DNA from: an uncultured Ignavibacteriales bacterium
Lineage (GTDB): Bacteria > Zixibacteria > MSB-5A5 > GN15 > FEB-12
DNA: 64,000 nucleotides
Assembly: GCA_964371785.1 (NCBI GenBank)
Contig: CAYJOL010000002.1
Span: 21,534 to 85,533, forward strand
Reading direction: 5' to 3'
The position numbers and the translations under genes are program-made. The notes under the pieces are model-generated. The model saw only the letters and a program-made list of their open reading frames with translations. It was not told where the DNA came from and ran no database searches. Below, piece after piece: positions 45,128 through 54,110 of this stretch (within the stretch, counting starts at the first letter, position 1; every line of letters starts with the position of its first letter).

Positions 45128-46564
45128 ATGGTTTTCTTGATGGGCCGGGAAATTTCCGATTCATTTTCGCAGCGATTCTGTGAACAGTTCAACCTGCTCC
45201 CTCTGCTTGAACAAGAGCACGTTAAGCTGCTGTTCTGTGAACACAGCGATCTGTCGATTGTGCCGTACATTGCGATGAAGGCACAGATACCTATTACTTT
45301 CCAGCGGACGACATCAAGCGAGTTGGAGGAATCGATTGAACGAGCTTTCACTCAGGACAAGGATCGCGAACCGAATTCCCAGGTGATGGCCAGTCCGACC
45401 CGCGTTCATACCTATAATAACGCTGTAGATTCACTGAACAAATTGATCGCCGGCAGTATTGCTCAGCGAGCTTCGGACATTCATTTTGAACCACAAGCTG
45501 ATTCAATGATCTGCCGGATGAGAATAGACGGGGTGCTCTTCAAAAAGTCTGCATACACAAAGGCTGAGGTGCCGGAAGTCATTTCTCGCATCAAGATCAT
45601 GTCGGGACTGGACATTGCGGAGAAGCGTCGACCGCAGGATGGCCGAATTCGTTTTTCACATGATAATAGGATTGTGGATATCCGAGTATCGGTAATACCC
45701 ACCGATTTCGGTGAAAAGGCAGTCCTGCGCATCCTCGACAAGAAGAGCCTGAAGGTGGAGTTAAGCGCTCTCGGGTTCTCCACGCGACAACTCAGTACAT
45801 TTCAGGAGACCATCAAATTGCCGCATGGCATTATTCTGGTAACCGGTCCAACCGGGTCTGGCAAAACAACAACACTGTACGCAGCCCTTTCAGCACTCAA
45901 GTCATCCGAAGTCAACATCTCGACGGTTGAAGACCCCATCGAATATAATCTGGAGGGCATCAATCAAACGCAAATCCGACCTGAAATTAATGTCAGCTTT
46001 GCCGTAATGATGCGGGCCTTGCTCAGACAGGACCCAAACATTCTCATGGTAGGTGAGATCCGCGATCCTGAAACGCTTGAAATGGCTATCCGGGCATCAC
46101 TCACCGGACACCTGGTCTTGTCAACCCTGCATACGAACGACGCAGTCTCGACCATCAATAGGCTGGTTGACATGGGGGCCGAGCGCTCGCTATTGGCGTC
46201 GACTCTCAGGGCAATCATCGCTCAACGTCTTGTACGAAGGATTTGTGCTCGCTGTCAAACGGACAGTGTGAATGATCTTAACATCCTGGCTGCGCGCAAA
46301 CTCCAGATCGAACCATCTACCGGCTTCCGGCAAGGTTTGGGCTGCGAACGGTGTCTGCAGTCGGGCTACTTTGGAAGAACTGCTGTGTATGAGGTGTTAT
46401 CCGTAGACAATAGCGTTCGTGAGGTAATCCTAAATGGTGGGATAGAGGCAGATTTGCTTCAAAGGGCACGTCAGAACGGCTTTGAAACAATGCACGAACG
46501 TGCCGTTGAGCTTATTGGAAATAGCATAACTACTCCGACGGAAGTGCTAAGAGAGATAGGCTAG
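45128..46564 (+). CDS. GspE/PilB-family secretion/assembly ATPase
   Basis: Walker A GPTGSGKTTTLY, Asp box STVEDPIE, Walker B ILMVGEIRD, His box LVLSTLHTND and tetracysteine motif CARC...CERC. The N-terminal domain is short. Confidence 0.9.
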   Translation: MVFLMGREISDSFSQRFCEQFNLLPLLEQEHVKLLFCEHSDLSIVPYIAMKAQIPITFQRTTSSELEESIERAFTQDKDREPNSQVMASPTRVHTYNNAVDSLNKLIAGSIAQRASDIHFEPQADSMICRMRIDGVLFKKSAYTKAEVPEVISRIKIMSGLDIAEKRRPQDGRIRFSHDNRIVDIRVSVIPTDFGEKAVLRILDKKSLKVELSALGFSTRQLSTFQETIKLPHGIILVTGPTGSGKTTTLYAALSALKSSEVNISTVEDPIEYNLEGINQTQIRPEINVSFAVMMRALLRQDPNILMVGEIRDPETLEMAIRASLTGHLVLSTLHTNDAVSTINRLVDMGAERSLLASTLRAIIAQRLVRRICARCQTDSVNDLNILAARKLQIEPSTGFRQGLGCERCLQSGYFGRTAVYEVLSVDNSVREVILNGGIEADLLQRARQNGFETMHERAVELIGNSITTPTEVLREIG

Positions 46565-46567
46565 CTG

Positions 46568-48526
46568 ATGAGGATTGGCGCAAACAAACTTATAATAAGC
46601 ACATTTTTGACTTTAGCACTGGGTATCGGCATGGCTGCAACCAATCGCGCTGACGCGCAAATCAGCGCAGACCTGCTGAAGCAGGCGCTTACGAAGAATG
46701 CTCAGGATAGTCTCGCACCGAATGACTCCAGCGCAGCGCCGCGCTCCCAAAGAATTGTTGACACAGTCCTGACAATCCCCAAGCTGGACTACGCCAATGT
46801 AAAACTCTCAGATGCCCTGACGGCCCTTGGTCGTGCGTACGGATTGTCTATGTATGTGGACTCATCGGTGACCGGAAATATTTCGATGCGCCTGGACAAC
46901 GTTAGCCTCAATGACGCCCTGCTTTTCATTATCCGCCAATACAAACTCTCGTGGGACAAGACCGGCGACATTATTAAGATCTTTCGGCCGGAGATTCCCC
47001 CTCCCCCGCCTGAGCCTTTGAACATCTCGTTCAAGGACCAGTTGTTATCAGTCAATGTGTCCAAGTGCGACCTGGAGCGATTCGTGTCAGCTCTTTCCGA
47101 CACTACCGGCAAGAACATTGTATTGGAAAAGGATACCAAGGGCACCATCAGCTCAAGAGTCACTGATATGGCCCTGGACAAGGCGCTGAGCGTCATCTTT
47201 ACCGCTAACGGCTACACTTACCGTGACATAGATGGTGTTGCGTACGTTGGTGTTGAAATTGACGCCAAGGCGGGCAAGCCGAAGGGGCGAAATCTAAATG
47301 CTAATTGCCGGGACGGATTGATTTCGGTTGACCTCACGAACGTCGGGCTGGCCGATTTGATTCCTTACCTCAAATCGGAATGCGGGATTAACCTGTTCAT
47401 TCAATCAGCGCTTGAAGGGAACATTAGTGCCAGTTTCACGGACAAGACCATCGAGGAAGCGTTGACATATATTTTCATCAACTCACCATATACCTACAAG
47501 CAGGTCGGCGACTTGTATCTGATCGGCCAGCGAACATCCGAGGACTTGTATGTAACGAAGCTGGTGAAACTCAAACACCTGATCGCCTCGGCGGTCGAGT
47601 CGTTAATTCCAGCGACTGTGTCAAAACAGTTGTCGATCAAGGTGGTGAAGGAACACAACGGTCTCGTATTGACCGGGCCAATAACAGCGATCAGTGAAGC
47701 AGAATCGTTCATTGATGCGATCGATATTCCAATGGCACAGGTATTGTTTGAAGTACTGGTCGTTGATTATTCGAGCACAGACCGGGCGGAATTCGGCCTC
47801 ACGGCCAACAACTTCGGCGGTGATTCCGGACTTCCCGGTCAATCGTATTACCCTAATATCGACGTCAGCGGCATCGGAAGTGATTTGAACTATAACCTGC
47901 GCTCGGTGGAACGGCATCTAGGCATCGGTAATCTCGGCACACTTGATGATAATTTCTTTGTCAGACTGCAGATGCTGCAACAGCAAGGTAAGGCCAATAT
48001 CCGATCTCATCCGACCATCGCCGCCCTAAACGGTCATCCGGCCTCCATTAGTATCGGGACGACCCAGTATTTCCTGCTGGAAAGCAAGACAGTTTACCCG
48101 ACGGAACAATCGTCGCTGTCGACCCAGACCTCGCAACATTTCGAGTTGGTGGAAGCGGACATGAAACTGGAGATCACGCCGTTTGTGAACTCCAGCGGCG
48201 AGTTGATCGTCGATATCAAGCCGGAGTTCAGCACACCGGCCAGCACCTTCAACCCGGACGTGCCACCTACTATCAACAAGCGAGTGTTGAATTCCACAGT
48301 ACGGTTGCGTAATGGCGAGACGATTGTACTTGGCGGATTGGTACAATCGAGTAAGAATGAGCACATCGAGAAGCTTCCCATCCTTGGTTCGTTTCCAATC
48401 CTGGGAAGACTATTCCAAAATCGAACATCGACTGACGTAAAGTCCGAACTGATGATTTATGTAACTCCGTACGTCTATTACGGAGCGGAAGGTTCAGTCA
48501 ATCGGGACAGCCTCCTGAAGAGATAA
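46568..48526 (+). CDS. Secretin (GspD/PilQ family) with three N-terminal STN-like modules
   Basis: 652 aa with a signal peptide. Three tandem modules of about 80 aa (..LSDALTALGRAYGLSM.., ..LERFVSALSDTTGKNI.., ..LADLIPYLKSECGINL..). C-terminal secretin core INKRVLNSTVRLRNGETIVLGGL...LPILGSFPILGRLF. Confidence 0.85.
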   Translation: MRIGANKLIISTFLTLALGIGMAATNRADAQISADLLKQALTKNAQDSLAPNDSSAAPRSQRIVDTVLTIPKLDYANVKLSDALTALGRAYGLSMYVDSSVTGNISMRLDNVSLNDALLFIIRQYKLSWDKTGDIIKIFRPEIPPPPPEPLNISFKDQLLSVNVSKCDLERFVSALSDTTGKNIVLEKDTKGTISSRVTDMALDKALSVIFTANGYTYRDIDGVAYVGVEIDAKAGKPKGRNLNANCRDGLISVDLTNVGLADLIPYLKSECGINLFIQSALEGNISASFTDKTIEEALTYIFINSPYTYKQVGDLYLIGQRTSEDLYVTKLVKLKHLIASAVESLIPATVSKQLSIKVVKEHNGLVLTGPITAISEAESFIDAIDIPMAQVLFEVLVVDYSSTDRAEFGLTANNFGGDSGLPGQSYYPNIDVSGIGSDLNYNLRSVERHLGIGNLGTLDDNFFVRLQMLQQQGKANIRSHPTIAALNGHPASISIGTTQYFLLESKTVYPTEQSSLSTQTSQHFELVEADMKLEITPFVNSSGELIVDIKPEFSTPASTFNPDVPPTINKRVLNSTVRLRNGETIVLGGLVQSSKNEHIEKLPILGSFPILGRLFQNRTSTDVKSELMIYVTPYVYYGAEGSVNRDSLLKR

Positions 48527-49827
48527 TGAATCAACGACTGAAAGCAATGGTCTCCGAAGGAGTCAGGCTGACGCCTTCGGAGTATATCGTATGGATAGGC
48601 AGAGCTGAACTGCTTTTCCTTAGGGTGCGCAATCGTGGCGGATGCAAGATACTTTTTCGTTGCTCTAATGTGAGACCGACAGACAGAACTCTTGAGACTT
48701 GTCTCTCGTCGCTAATTGCATCCCCTGCCTATTTTGGACAGCCGATCGATATTATTCTTAATACTGAAGGCTATTCGTATATCAAACACATTGGTAAGAT
48801 TGACGCTTCTCAGTTATTCGAGCGGCTGAAGCTTGTACGTGATGCGGATTTTGCGGTCGCCTATCGAGCCAAAAAACACAAACGCAAGACGTACCTGGTA
48901 TACGAGGCCTCAGACAGCCAATATCTGTCTCAGCTGTATGAGATTACCGGCCGTTTGGGGATACCCATATGTCAGGTAGCGCGCGCGTCTACACTGTTGT
49001 TCGAGGCCGCTTTGGAGAGAATCACCGGCAATTATGTCGCCGAGTTCCGTCTTACCGAACACGAGCGTCTCGTACTGGCGTTTGACCAATCGGGGAACGC
49101 GCTGGCAGTGTCAGTTTCGCCCACGGCAGAGTACCCCGACCAAAACACGGTTGCCACGCTCTTTGAGCATACCAATTATGTGCACGAGTTGTTTACGGAA
49201 GTACCTCGGAACACCGGGACTAACCACGTGCCCTCCTTATCACACATACTCCTGACCGGGCTGAGGCGACTGCCACGCGCAAAAACGACTGGCAAAAATG
49301 GCCGGAAACTCGGAGTGGCACGACTGCTTAAACTCGCTCTGAACAGCGCCAAGTTGCTTGTGATACTCCTTCTGGCGATGAATGTCTTCTTGGGAGCAGT
49401 TCTCCTGTCCTTCACAGTATTCATTGAGAAGCCGAGCGATGCCATCCGAACATATCAGTTCGCATACAGCCGCAAATATATGCTCCAGCAGTCTATCGAT
49501 TCCTTGAATGCGTATTTCACCACGGCCGGGGCCCACTCTACACGTACTAGCGCTGCCGCCATTGTCAGCCTATTCTGCCAACGATCCGTCTCCGGATTGT
49601 ATGTCGATCAACTGGTGTTAAAAATGGGAACGGCCGACAGCCTGCAAGTAGAAGTATCGGGCAAAGCGAGAAATGAGCGAAGCGTGTTTGCCTATCGTAC
49701 GATGTTAGACAGCCTGTTTGCACCGCTGGCATTCACTATGAACTCTGTCAGGCCTGTTCTGGTGACCGACATGGGACGACCAGATACACTCACAAACTTC
49801 AAACTGGCTACTCAATTGCATGATTAG
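48526..49827 (+). CDS. Bitopic assembly protein, GspL-like or PilM/PilN-fusion-like
   Basis: 433 aa. Cytoplasmic part of about 265 aa, one TM segment (LLVILLLAMNVFLGAVLLSFTVFI), then a periplasmic tail. The start overlaps the secretin stop. The call rests on topology and position only. Confidence 0.45.
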   Translation: MNQRLKAMVSEGVRLTPSEYIVWIGRAELLFLRVRNRGGCKILFRCSNVRPTDRTLETCLSSLIASPAYFGQPIDIILNTEGYSYIKHIGKIDASQLFERLKLVRDADFAVAYRAKKHKRKTYLVYEASDSQYLSQLYEITGRLGIPICQVARASTLLFEAALERITGNYVAEFRLTEHERLVLAFDQSGNALAVSVSPTAEYPDQNTVATLFEHTNYVHELFTEVPRNTGTNHVPSLSHILLTGLRRLPRAKTTGKNGRKLGVARLLKLALNSAKLLVILLLAMNVFLGAVLLSFTVFIEKPSDAIRTYQFAYSRKYMLQQSIDSLNAYFTTAGAHSTRTSAAAIVSLFCQRSVSGLYVDQLVLKMGTADSLQVEVSGKARNERSVFAYRTMLDSLFAPLAFTMNSVRPVLVTDMGRPDTLTNFKLATQLHD

Positions 49828-50329
49828 AACACTTCAAAACCATGGAGCTGTCCTCTTGCTGGTATCATTTGTGGGCCTATCGGCCGTGATGGTTTATAGT
49901 GTCGTAGTTTTGATCGATCAGGTCGCGGGGTCCGTTAAGATTTTCACTTTGGCGCTAGATTCTCAGGAACACAGTGCCACAATCCAGGCCGAAGTGGTTT
50001 CATTGGAGAAGCGATTGGCGACTCTATCCAGCCTAAAGGAACATCAACAGGAGCGCAGACCATTGTCGCTGTCTTCGATAGAAGGATGCGCCAGACAGAA
50101 TCGGTTAGGGATCGGGGCCGTAGAACGACTCAGTTCAGGTTCCAAAAACGGTGAAACATCCGGTGTTAGGTACAGCGTCTCGATTATCGGAACCATAGGT
50201 AATATGGTTAGGTTTCTCGATCAGCTGGAAAAGGAATGTGTGATAGAATCTGACAACATCACTATTCGCCCCGATAATGCAGATGGGACGCAGGTAGTTT
50301 CGGTAATGAATGTGATACTAAACGAGTAG
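49820..50329 (+). CDS. GspM/PilO-like bitopic protein
   Basis: 169 aa. N-terminal TM segment, a coiled segment, then a small C-terminal domain. Overlaps the previous gene by 8 nt. Confidence 0.45.
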   Translation: MIRTLQNHGAVLLLVSFVGLSAVMVYSVVVLIDQVAGSVKIFTLALDSQEHSATIQAEVVSLEKRLATLSSLKEHQQERRPLSLSSIEGCARQNRLGIGAVERLSSGSKNGETSGVRYSVSIIGTIGNMVRFLDQLEKECVIESDNITIRPDNADGTQVVSVMNVILNE

Positions 50330-50334
50330 CGGTC

Positions 50335-50814
50335 ATGAGTCGTCAGAATTGGAGAAGAGCAATCCTGGGCGTACTGACGTTAGTAGCGGTCTGGCTCTGG
50401 TGGGGAAATTTGCAGCTGTTCTATACAAGCAACTCAGTTCAGCCGATTCCGGTGTCAATGGAACGATCCACACCCATCCACTCGTCTCGGGCCGCTGCCT
50501 TAAAATATCTGCCGCCCAAGACTAATCCGTTTTTTAAGGGTACGGTGCGTGCAGTGTCCGGTGACGCGTCGACTAGACCACAGAAGTCGGTCCAACAGAT
50601 TCCGAAGCGACCGAGTTCGGACCATGCGCTGTCCGGCTTCGTGACCGAGACCAAAGTCCCGCAAGTGATTGTGATTGATCCGGGGAAATCCAGCAGAATA
50701 CTGACCATAGGCGATTCAATTAATGGTTGGCAACTGGTAAGAATTCATGACAATTCTGTTCTGTTTCAGTATGACAATATTTGTGACACACTGTTCCTTT
50801 CTCCGAGTAAATAG
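50335..50814 (+). CDS. GspC/PilP-like bitopic protein
   Basis: 159 aa. N-terminal TM segment, a Pro/Ser-rich linker, and a C-terminal beta segment (ILTIGDSINGWQLVRIHDNSVLFQYD) typical of the PilP/GspC HR domain. Confidence 0.45.
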   Translation: MSRQNWRRAILGVLTLVAVWLWWGNLQLFYTSNSVQPIPVSMERSTPIHSSRAAALKYLPPKTNPFFKGTVRAVSGDASTRPQKSVQQIPKRPSSDHALSGFVTETKVPQVIVIDPGKSSRILTIGDSINGWQLVRIHDNSVLFQYDNICDTLFLSPSK

Positions 50815-50842
50815 GACATATGGCCCAGTTTGCCAGGGTACC

Positions 50843-52165
50843 GTGCTGGTGTCCGTACTGGCCATCATGCTGGCGCTATTGACGATTTTTCTGTTCGCCA
50901 TGACCTATGTGCTGTCCCGTTTCAGTATTCATCAAAGAAACGTGAATCAGCTTGCGGCGCGAAATCTCTCGGAGATGGGAGTTGCTGCTGGACTGCACCG
51001 ACTGATGTCAAGGCGTGATGCCACAGCTCAGGACAGCCTCGTAAGATTCGAAGAGGGTTTGTATTTTACGAGCATTGTACCTTGGGGTCCCTTCTTCCTT
51101 CTGACGTCGACCGGCACTTGTGCGAACCAAACAGCCACGACCCGGGCCATAATCGGTTCTGACTCAAGGCCTGAAATAGAGTCGGCAATCACTCTAACAG
51201 ACTTAAACTTCCCGCTATATGTAGCTGGAACTGCCAGAATCCATGGCAACGTTATCACCGGCCCCCTTGGCATGGCAGCCGGGCAGATTGGCGGAGAGGC
51301 TCCTGAGCAGCACTTTCATATAGGTGACGTACTGAAGAAGCCGTACGTTTCATTTCCCAGGCTTGACACGGCCGTGATTGAACAGTATTTCCGCGAGGTG
51401 GAGAATCGGCGCCTTAACACAAAGAAGGTGCTAAGTAGTTCGCTTGTTTTGGGCAAGAGTGATAGTATTCAATTCAGTGCTGAGGGCACGCTATGCATAG
51501 AAAACGACCTGTTGATTAATGGAGCAGAAGTCTCGGTGTACGGCACCGTGATGTCGGTGTTTGTTGACGGTTCGAGCGAGATTGTGGCAAATTCAAAAGT
51601 GGGCGGCTTCATTGAATTGGTGTCAGGCGGCCCGGTGCTTATGGATGATGACGCGGTGGTTGATAATGTGCTCATATATTGTGAAGATGCCATAAATATT
51701 ACCGGCTATGTGACGTTTTCGGGTATCGCCATTAGCCGAAAGCGGATTGTTGTTGACGACCAAGCCACCCTCGTTTATCCAGCGACATTGATAGTTCTGG
51801 CGGACAGCACGGAATGCGACAGTTGCGGTATCTATCTTCGAAGTAGCAGGTCAATGGAAGGAGTCTGTCAGATTGCCTTGACAGATACGGCCGTAGGTCA
51901 GAATGACTATCTCCTCTATTTGGACAAAGCGTCAGTATTCACCGGGCTGTTGATTGCGCAGACGGCCGCCGACCTGCGTGGTACTGTGAATGGCAGCGCC
52001 GTCGTCAGGCAGTTCCGATACGAGCAGCCCCCAACGACATATATCAATTGGATACGAGACTTGAAGATAGATAATAGTAAACTAACCTTCGTACCCACGA
52101 CTCCGCTTTCAGCGACAGTTGAGGATTCGGCGAGGTTTCGAATTCTTGAGCAGGTGACAAGGTAA
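50843..52165 (+). CDS. GspK/PilX-like large minor-pilin-associated protein
   Basis: The ORF opens at 50747, but that would overlap the previous gene by 68 nt. In-frame GTG codons at 50843 and 50849 and an ATG at 50867 are more plausible. The N-terminus QGTVLVSVLAIMLALLTIF resembles PilX/GspK anchors. The remainder looks beta-rich and repetitive. Confidence 0.5.
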   Translation: MLVSVLAIMLALLTIFLFAMTYVLSRFSIHQRNVNQLAARNLSEMGVAAGLHRLMSRRDATAQDSLVRFEEGLYFTSIVPWGPFFLLTSTGTCANQTATTRAIIGSDSRPEIESAITLTDLNFPLYVAGTARIHGNVITGPLGMAAGQIGGEAPEQHFHIGDVLKKPYVSFPRLDTAVIEQYFREVENRRLNTKKVLSSSLVLGKSDSIQFSAEGTLCIENDLLINGAEVSVYGTVMSVFVDGSSEIVANSKVGGFIELVSGGPVLMDDDAVVDNVLIYCEDAINITGYVTFSGIAISRKRIVVDDQATLVYPATLIVLADSTECDSCGIYLRSSRSMEGVCQIALTDTAVGQNDYLLYLDKASVFTGLLIAQTAADLRGTVNGSAVVRQFRYEQPPTTYINWIRDLKIDNSKLTFVPTTPLSATVEDSARFRILEQVTR

Positions 52166-52527
52166 TGGGAAGCAAGGTTTTGAATAATCAACGAGGAATC
52201 TCACTCATTGAAGTCCTGGTAGCTTCCGTAATTTTCATGATTGGATTCTCTATCCTGGTTATGTTGTTGAATGGCGTCACGGGCAGATTTGATGCAAAGG
52301 AGATCGAAACGGCAGCGGCTTTGGCAGACGATTTCATGAACCTCGCGGTCGCAGAAAAGGACACCCTGCCTCAAGACACAATGTTTGTGGCATCTGGTAT
52401 CCGTTATCGGGTGCTGAAGTCCTGCGTTGTAGAAAAAGGAATAGTCAAGCTGGAAATCGTTGTCAAAAGGTTCTCCTCTGACAAAGAATTGGTGAGGCTT
52501 CACAATGCGTTTCTTACTGCAACATAA
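52165..52527 (+). CDS. Minor pseudopilin with prepilin-type N-terminal domain (GspI/PilV-like)
   Basis: 120 aa. NQRGISLIEVLVASVIFMIGF matches the class III signal (G/[FIV]xLxE). Confidence 0.75.
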   Translation: MGSKVLNNQRGISLIEVLVASVIFMIGFSILVMLLNGVTGRFDAKEIETAAALADDFMNLAVAEKDTLPQDTMFVASGIRYRVLKSCVVEKGIVKLEIVVKRFSSDKELVRLHNAFLTAT

Positions 52528-53026
52528 CGAAAAGGGCGTGACTTTGGTCGAATTGCTCGTCACCCTCGGTGTGTCGGCCATTCTGATTGTATTCGTCGTG
52601 TCAGGCAGTCTTTTCATCCAGAAATATGTTTCTAACGAACAGCAAGCCAGCAGGTTGTTCGAAGAACTCTCAGCTATTAGCTCAGAGCTTCGTACTGCCA
52701 TCGCAAAAGCAAACCGTATCCAAACGTATTCGGATAGTCTCGTTTGCGCATCAGATCTAAATGATCAAGTTACATACTCATGGCACGATAGCTCTTTTGC
52801 CCGCAACGGCCATGAGCTTCTGAGTACGAGCTTTAGATTAACCTCAGTAACGGTTGAAAAATTGGAATTGCCAAGACCAGGTGATTCCACTATATATAGT
52901 AATGTAAGACGATACTCTGCCGGACTCTACAGGGTGCGAGTAATCGTCGCAGATAAGAAAGGGGTTCGAGATTCTCTGACCTTTACGGTGACGAACGAGC
53001 ATGAAAAAACAAAATTCAGTCCGTAA
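52505..53026 (+). CDS. Minor pseudopilin with prepilin-type N-terminal domain (GspJ/PilW-like)
   Basis: 173 aa. EKGVTLVELLVTLGVSAILIVFV. Confidence 0.75.
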   Translation: MRFLLQHNEKGVTLVELLVTLGVSAILIVFVVSGSLFIQKYVSNEQQASRLFEELSAISSELRTAIAKANRIQTYSDSLVCASDLNDQVTYSWHDSSFARNGHELLSTSFRLTSVTVEKLELPRPGDSTIYSNVRRYSAGLYRVRVIVADKKGVRDSLTFTVTNEHEKTKFSP

Positions 53027-53462
53027 GCGACGGTCCCTTCTAAGATCGATGTCTGGCTTCTCTTTGCTGGAGCTGCTGATTGTGCTTGTTATAATAGCCA
53101 TCATTGCCGGGCTGGCAATTCCTCGATACATGAGTAGCACCGTCAAGGCCAAGCAAATGGAAGCTCAGGAATTACTGCACCAAATCTACCTGATGGAACG
53201 GTCTTTCTATCAGAAGAATGATCATTATTGGATACCTGCCAGTGGAATTGTGGCAGACAAGAACAATCCTTACGCATTCGATTCGCTCGGTGTCGAGATC
53301 ATGACTTCAGCAAGGTATACCTATTCGATAACGGGTGATGAGATTCACTTTGTCGCGACAGCCACGGCTGAGCGCCTCGACGATGACCCGGCGATTGACC
53401 AGTGGCAGATTGACGATCGAGGCACGCTGAGGTGTGTCATAGATGACTCGATTGTTCATTGA
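53001..53462 (+). CDS. Major pilin/pseudopilin (PilA/GspG-like)
   Basis: 153 aa. SGFSLLELLIVLVIIAIIAGLAIPRY followed by an amphipathic helix. Confidence 0.8.
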   Translation: MKKQNSVRKRRSLLRSMSGFSLLELLIVLVIIAIIAGLAIPRYMSSTVKAKQMEAQELLHQIYLMERSFYQKNDHYWIPASGIVADKNNPYAFDSLGVEIMTSARYTYSITGDEIHFVATATAERLDDDPAIDQWQIDDRGTLRCVIDDSIVH

Positions 53463-53488
53463 GAATATGAGGACCCGCATAACGACGT

Positions 53489-53510
53489 ATGTGCTGGACG
53501 CACATGTTTT
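53489..53510 (+). terminator. Possible rho-independent terminator after the pilin gene
   Basis: ATGTGC-tggac-GCACAT stem-loop followed by GTTTT, about 27 nt after the stop. The stem is short. Confidence 0.45.
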
Positions 53511-53580
53511 GGAGCCATGAGTGCAAGTGATGGTCGACAAAATGTTCCCCAATTAGCCTAATGCTGATCTATGCGTGATT

Positions 53581-53692
53581 CTGGGCTGCCCGTCCGGTGT
53601 TTGCATGCCACTTGCCCGCCGCTGGCGGCGGCAAGGATAAGGCAGGCTCGAAGACGAGTCTTCCCTACTAAGAAACGGTTCTACTATTACGG
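53581..53692 (+). repeat. 112-bp structured repeat, copy 2
   Basis: Gap-free match to 25819..25930 in the same orientation. Ends 30 nt from the tRNA-proximal att-like repeat. Confidence 0.8.
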
Positions 53693-53722
53693 AAACTATT
53701 TGCCAGCCCAATCTCCCCAATT

Positions 53723-53745
53723 AAAAAGCGGAGAGGCAGGGATTC
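53723..53745 (-). repeat. tRNA-proximal copy of the 23-nt direct repeat (putative att site)
   Basis: Identical to 21338..21360. It covers the T-arm 3' strand, acceptor 3' strand and discriminator base of tRNA-Ser, plus 6 nt downstream. Confidence 0.75.
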
Positions 53746-53814
53746 GAACCCTGGATAGGGGTTACCTATACACACTTTCCAGGCGTGCGCCTTCAGCCGC
53801 TCGGCCACCTCTCC
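53729..53814 (-). tRNA. tRNA-Ser (anticodon GGA)
   Basis: 86 nt on the minus strand: GGAGAGG-TG-GCCGAGCGGCTGAAGGC-G-CACGC-CTGGAAA-GTGTG-long variable arm-CAGGG-TTCGAAT-CCCTG-CCTCTCC-G. Cloverleaf folded by hand. CCA is not encoded. Confidence 0.9.
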
Positions 53815-54067
53815 GTACATGTATGTCTGACGCCCCCGGAAAGACCCGGAGACAGGCCGTAATTTAACCATTCCGGTTAAAAATACAAGCTGAATGTACA
53901 GGTTTTTCCCCCGACCGGCCCGGCCTAACTCTTTTGGGGATATATGGGTCGACGGGCGGTCGATTCAATGACCTTCACCCTCTCCCTCTTCCAAGGGAAA
54001 GGGTAAGAAAATAATATGGCAGTGCAAAAGCGGACATTCGGCCCAACGGAATAACTCGTTCTTCCTC

Positions 54068-54102
54068 CCCTCGCCCTCTGGGAGAGGGGCCGGGGGCGAG
54101 GG
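54068..54102 (-). terminator. GC-rich stem-loop just after the fetB-like stop (possible terminator)
   Basis: CCCTCGCCC...GGGCGAGGG, with a nested CCCTCT-GGG-AGAGGG, 8 nt past the stop at 54111. No clear U-tract follows. Confidence 0.3.
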
Positions 54103-54110
54103 AAACCACC

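Noticed and set aside
21361-53722. An integrase or excisionase that would complete the tRNA-linked island
   Set aside because: No tyrosine or serine recombinase motifs appear in any ORF of the interval. The only recombinases are DDE transposase relics (IS3, IS481) and a Y1 RAYT stump, none of which use tRNA att sites. The island claim therefore rests on the direct repeat and gene content alone.
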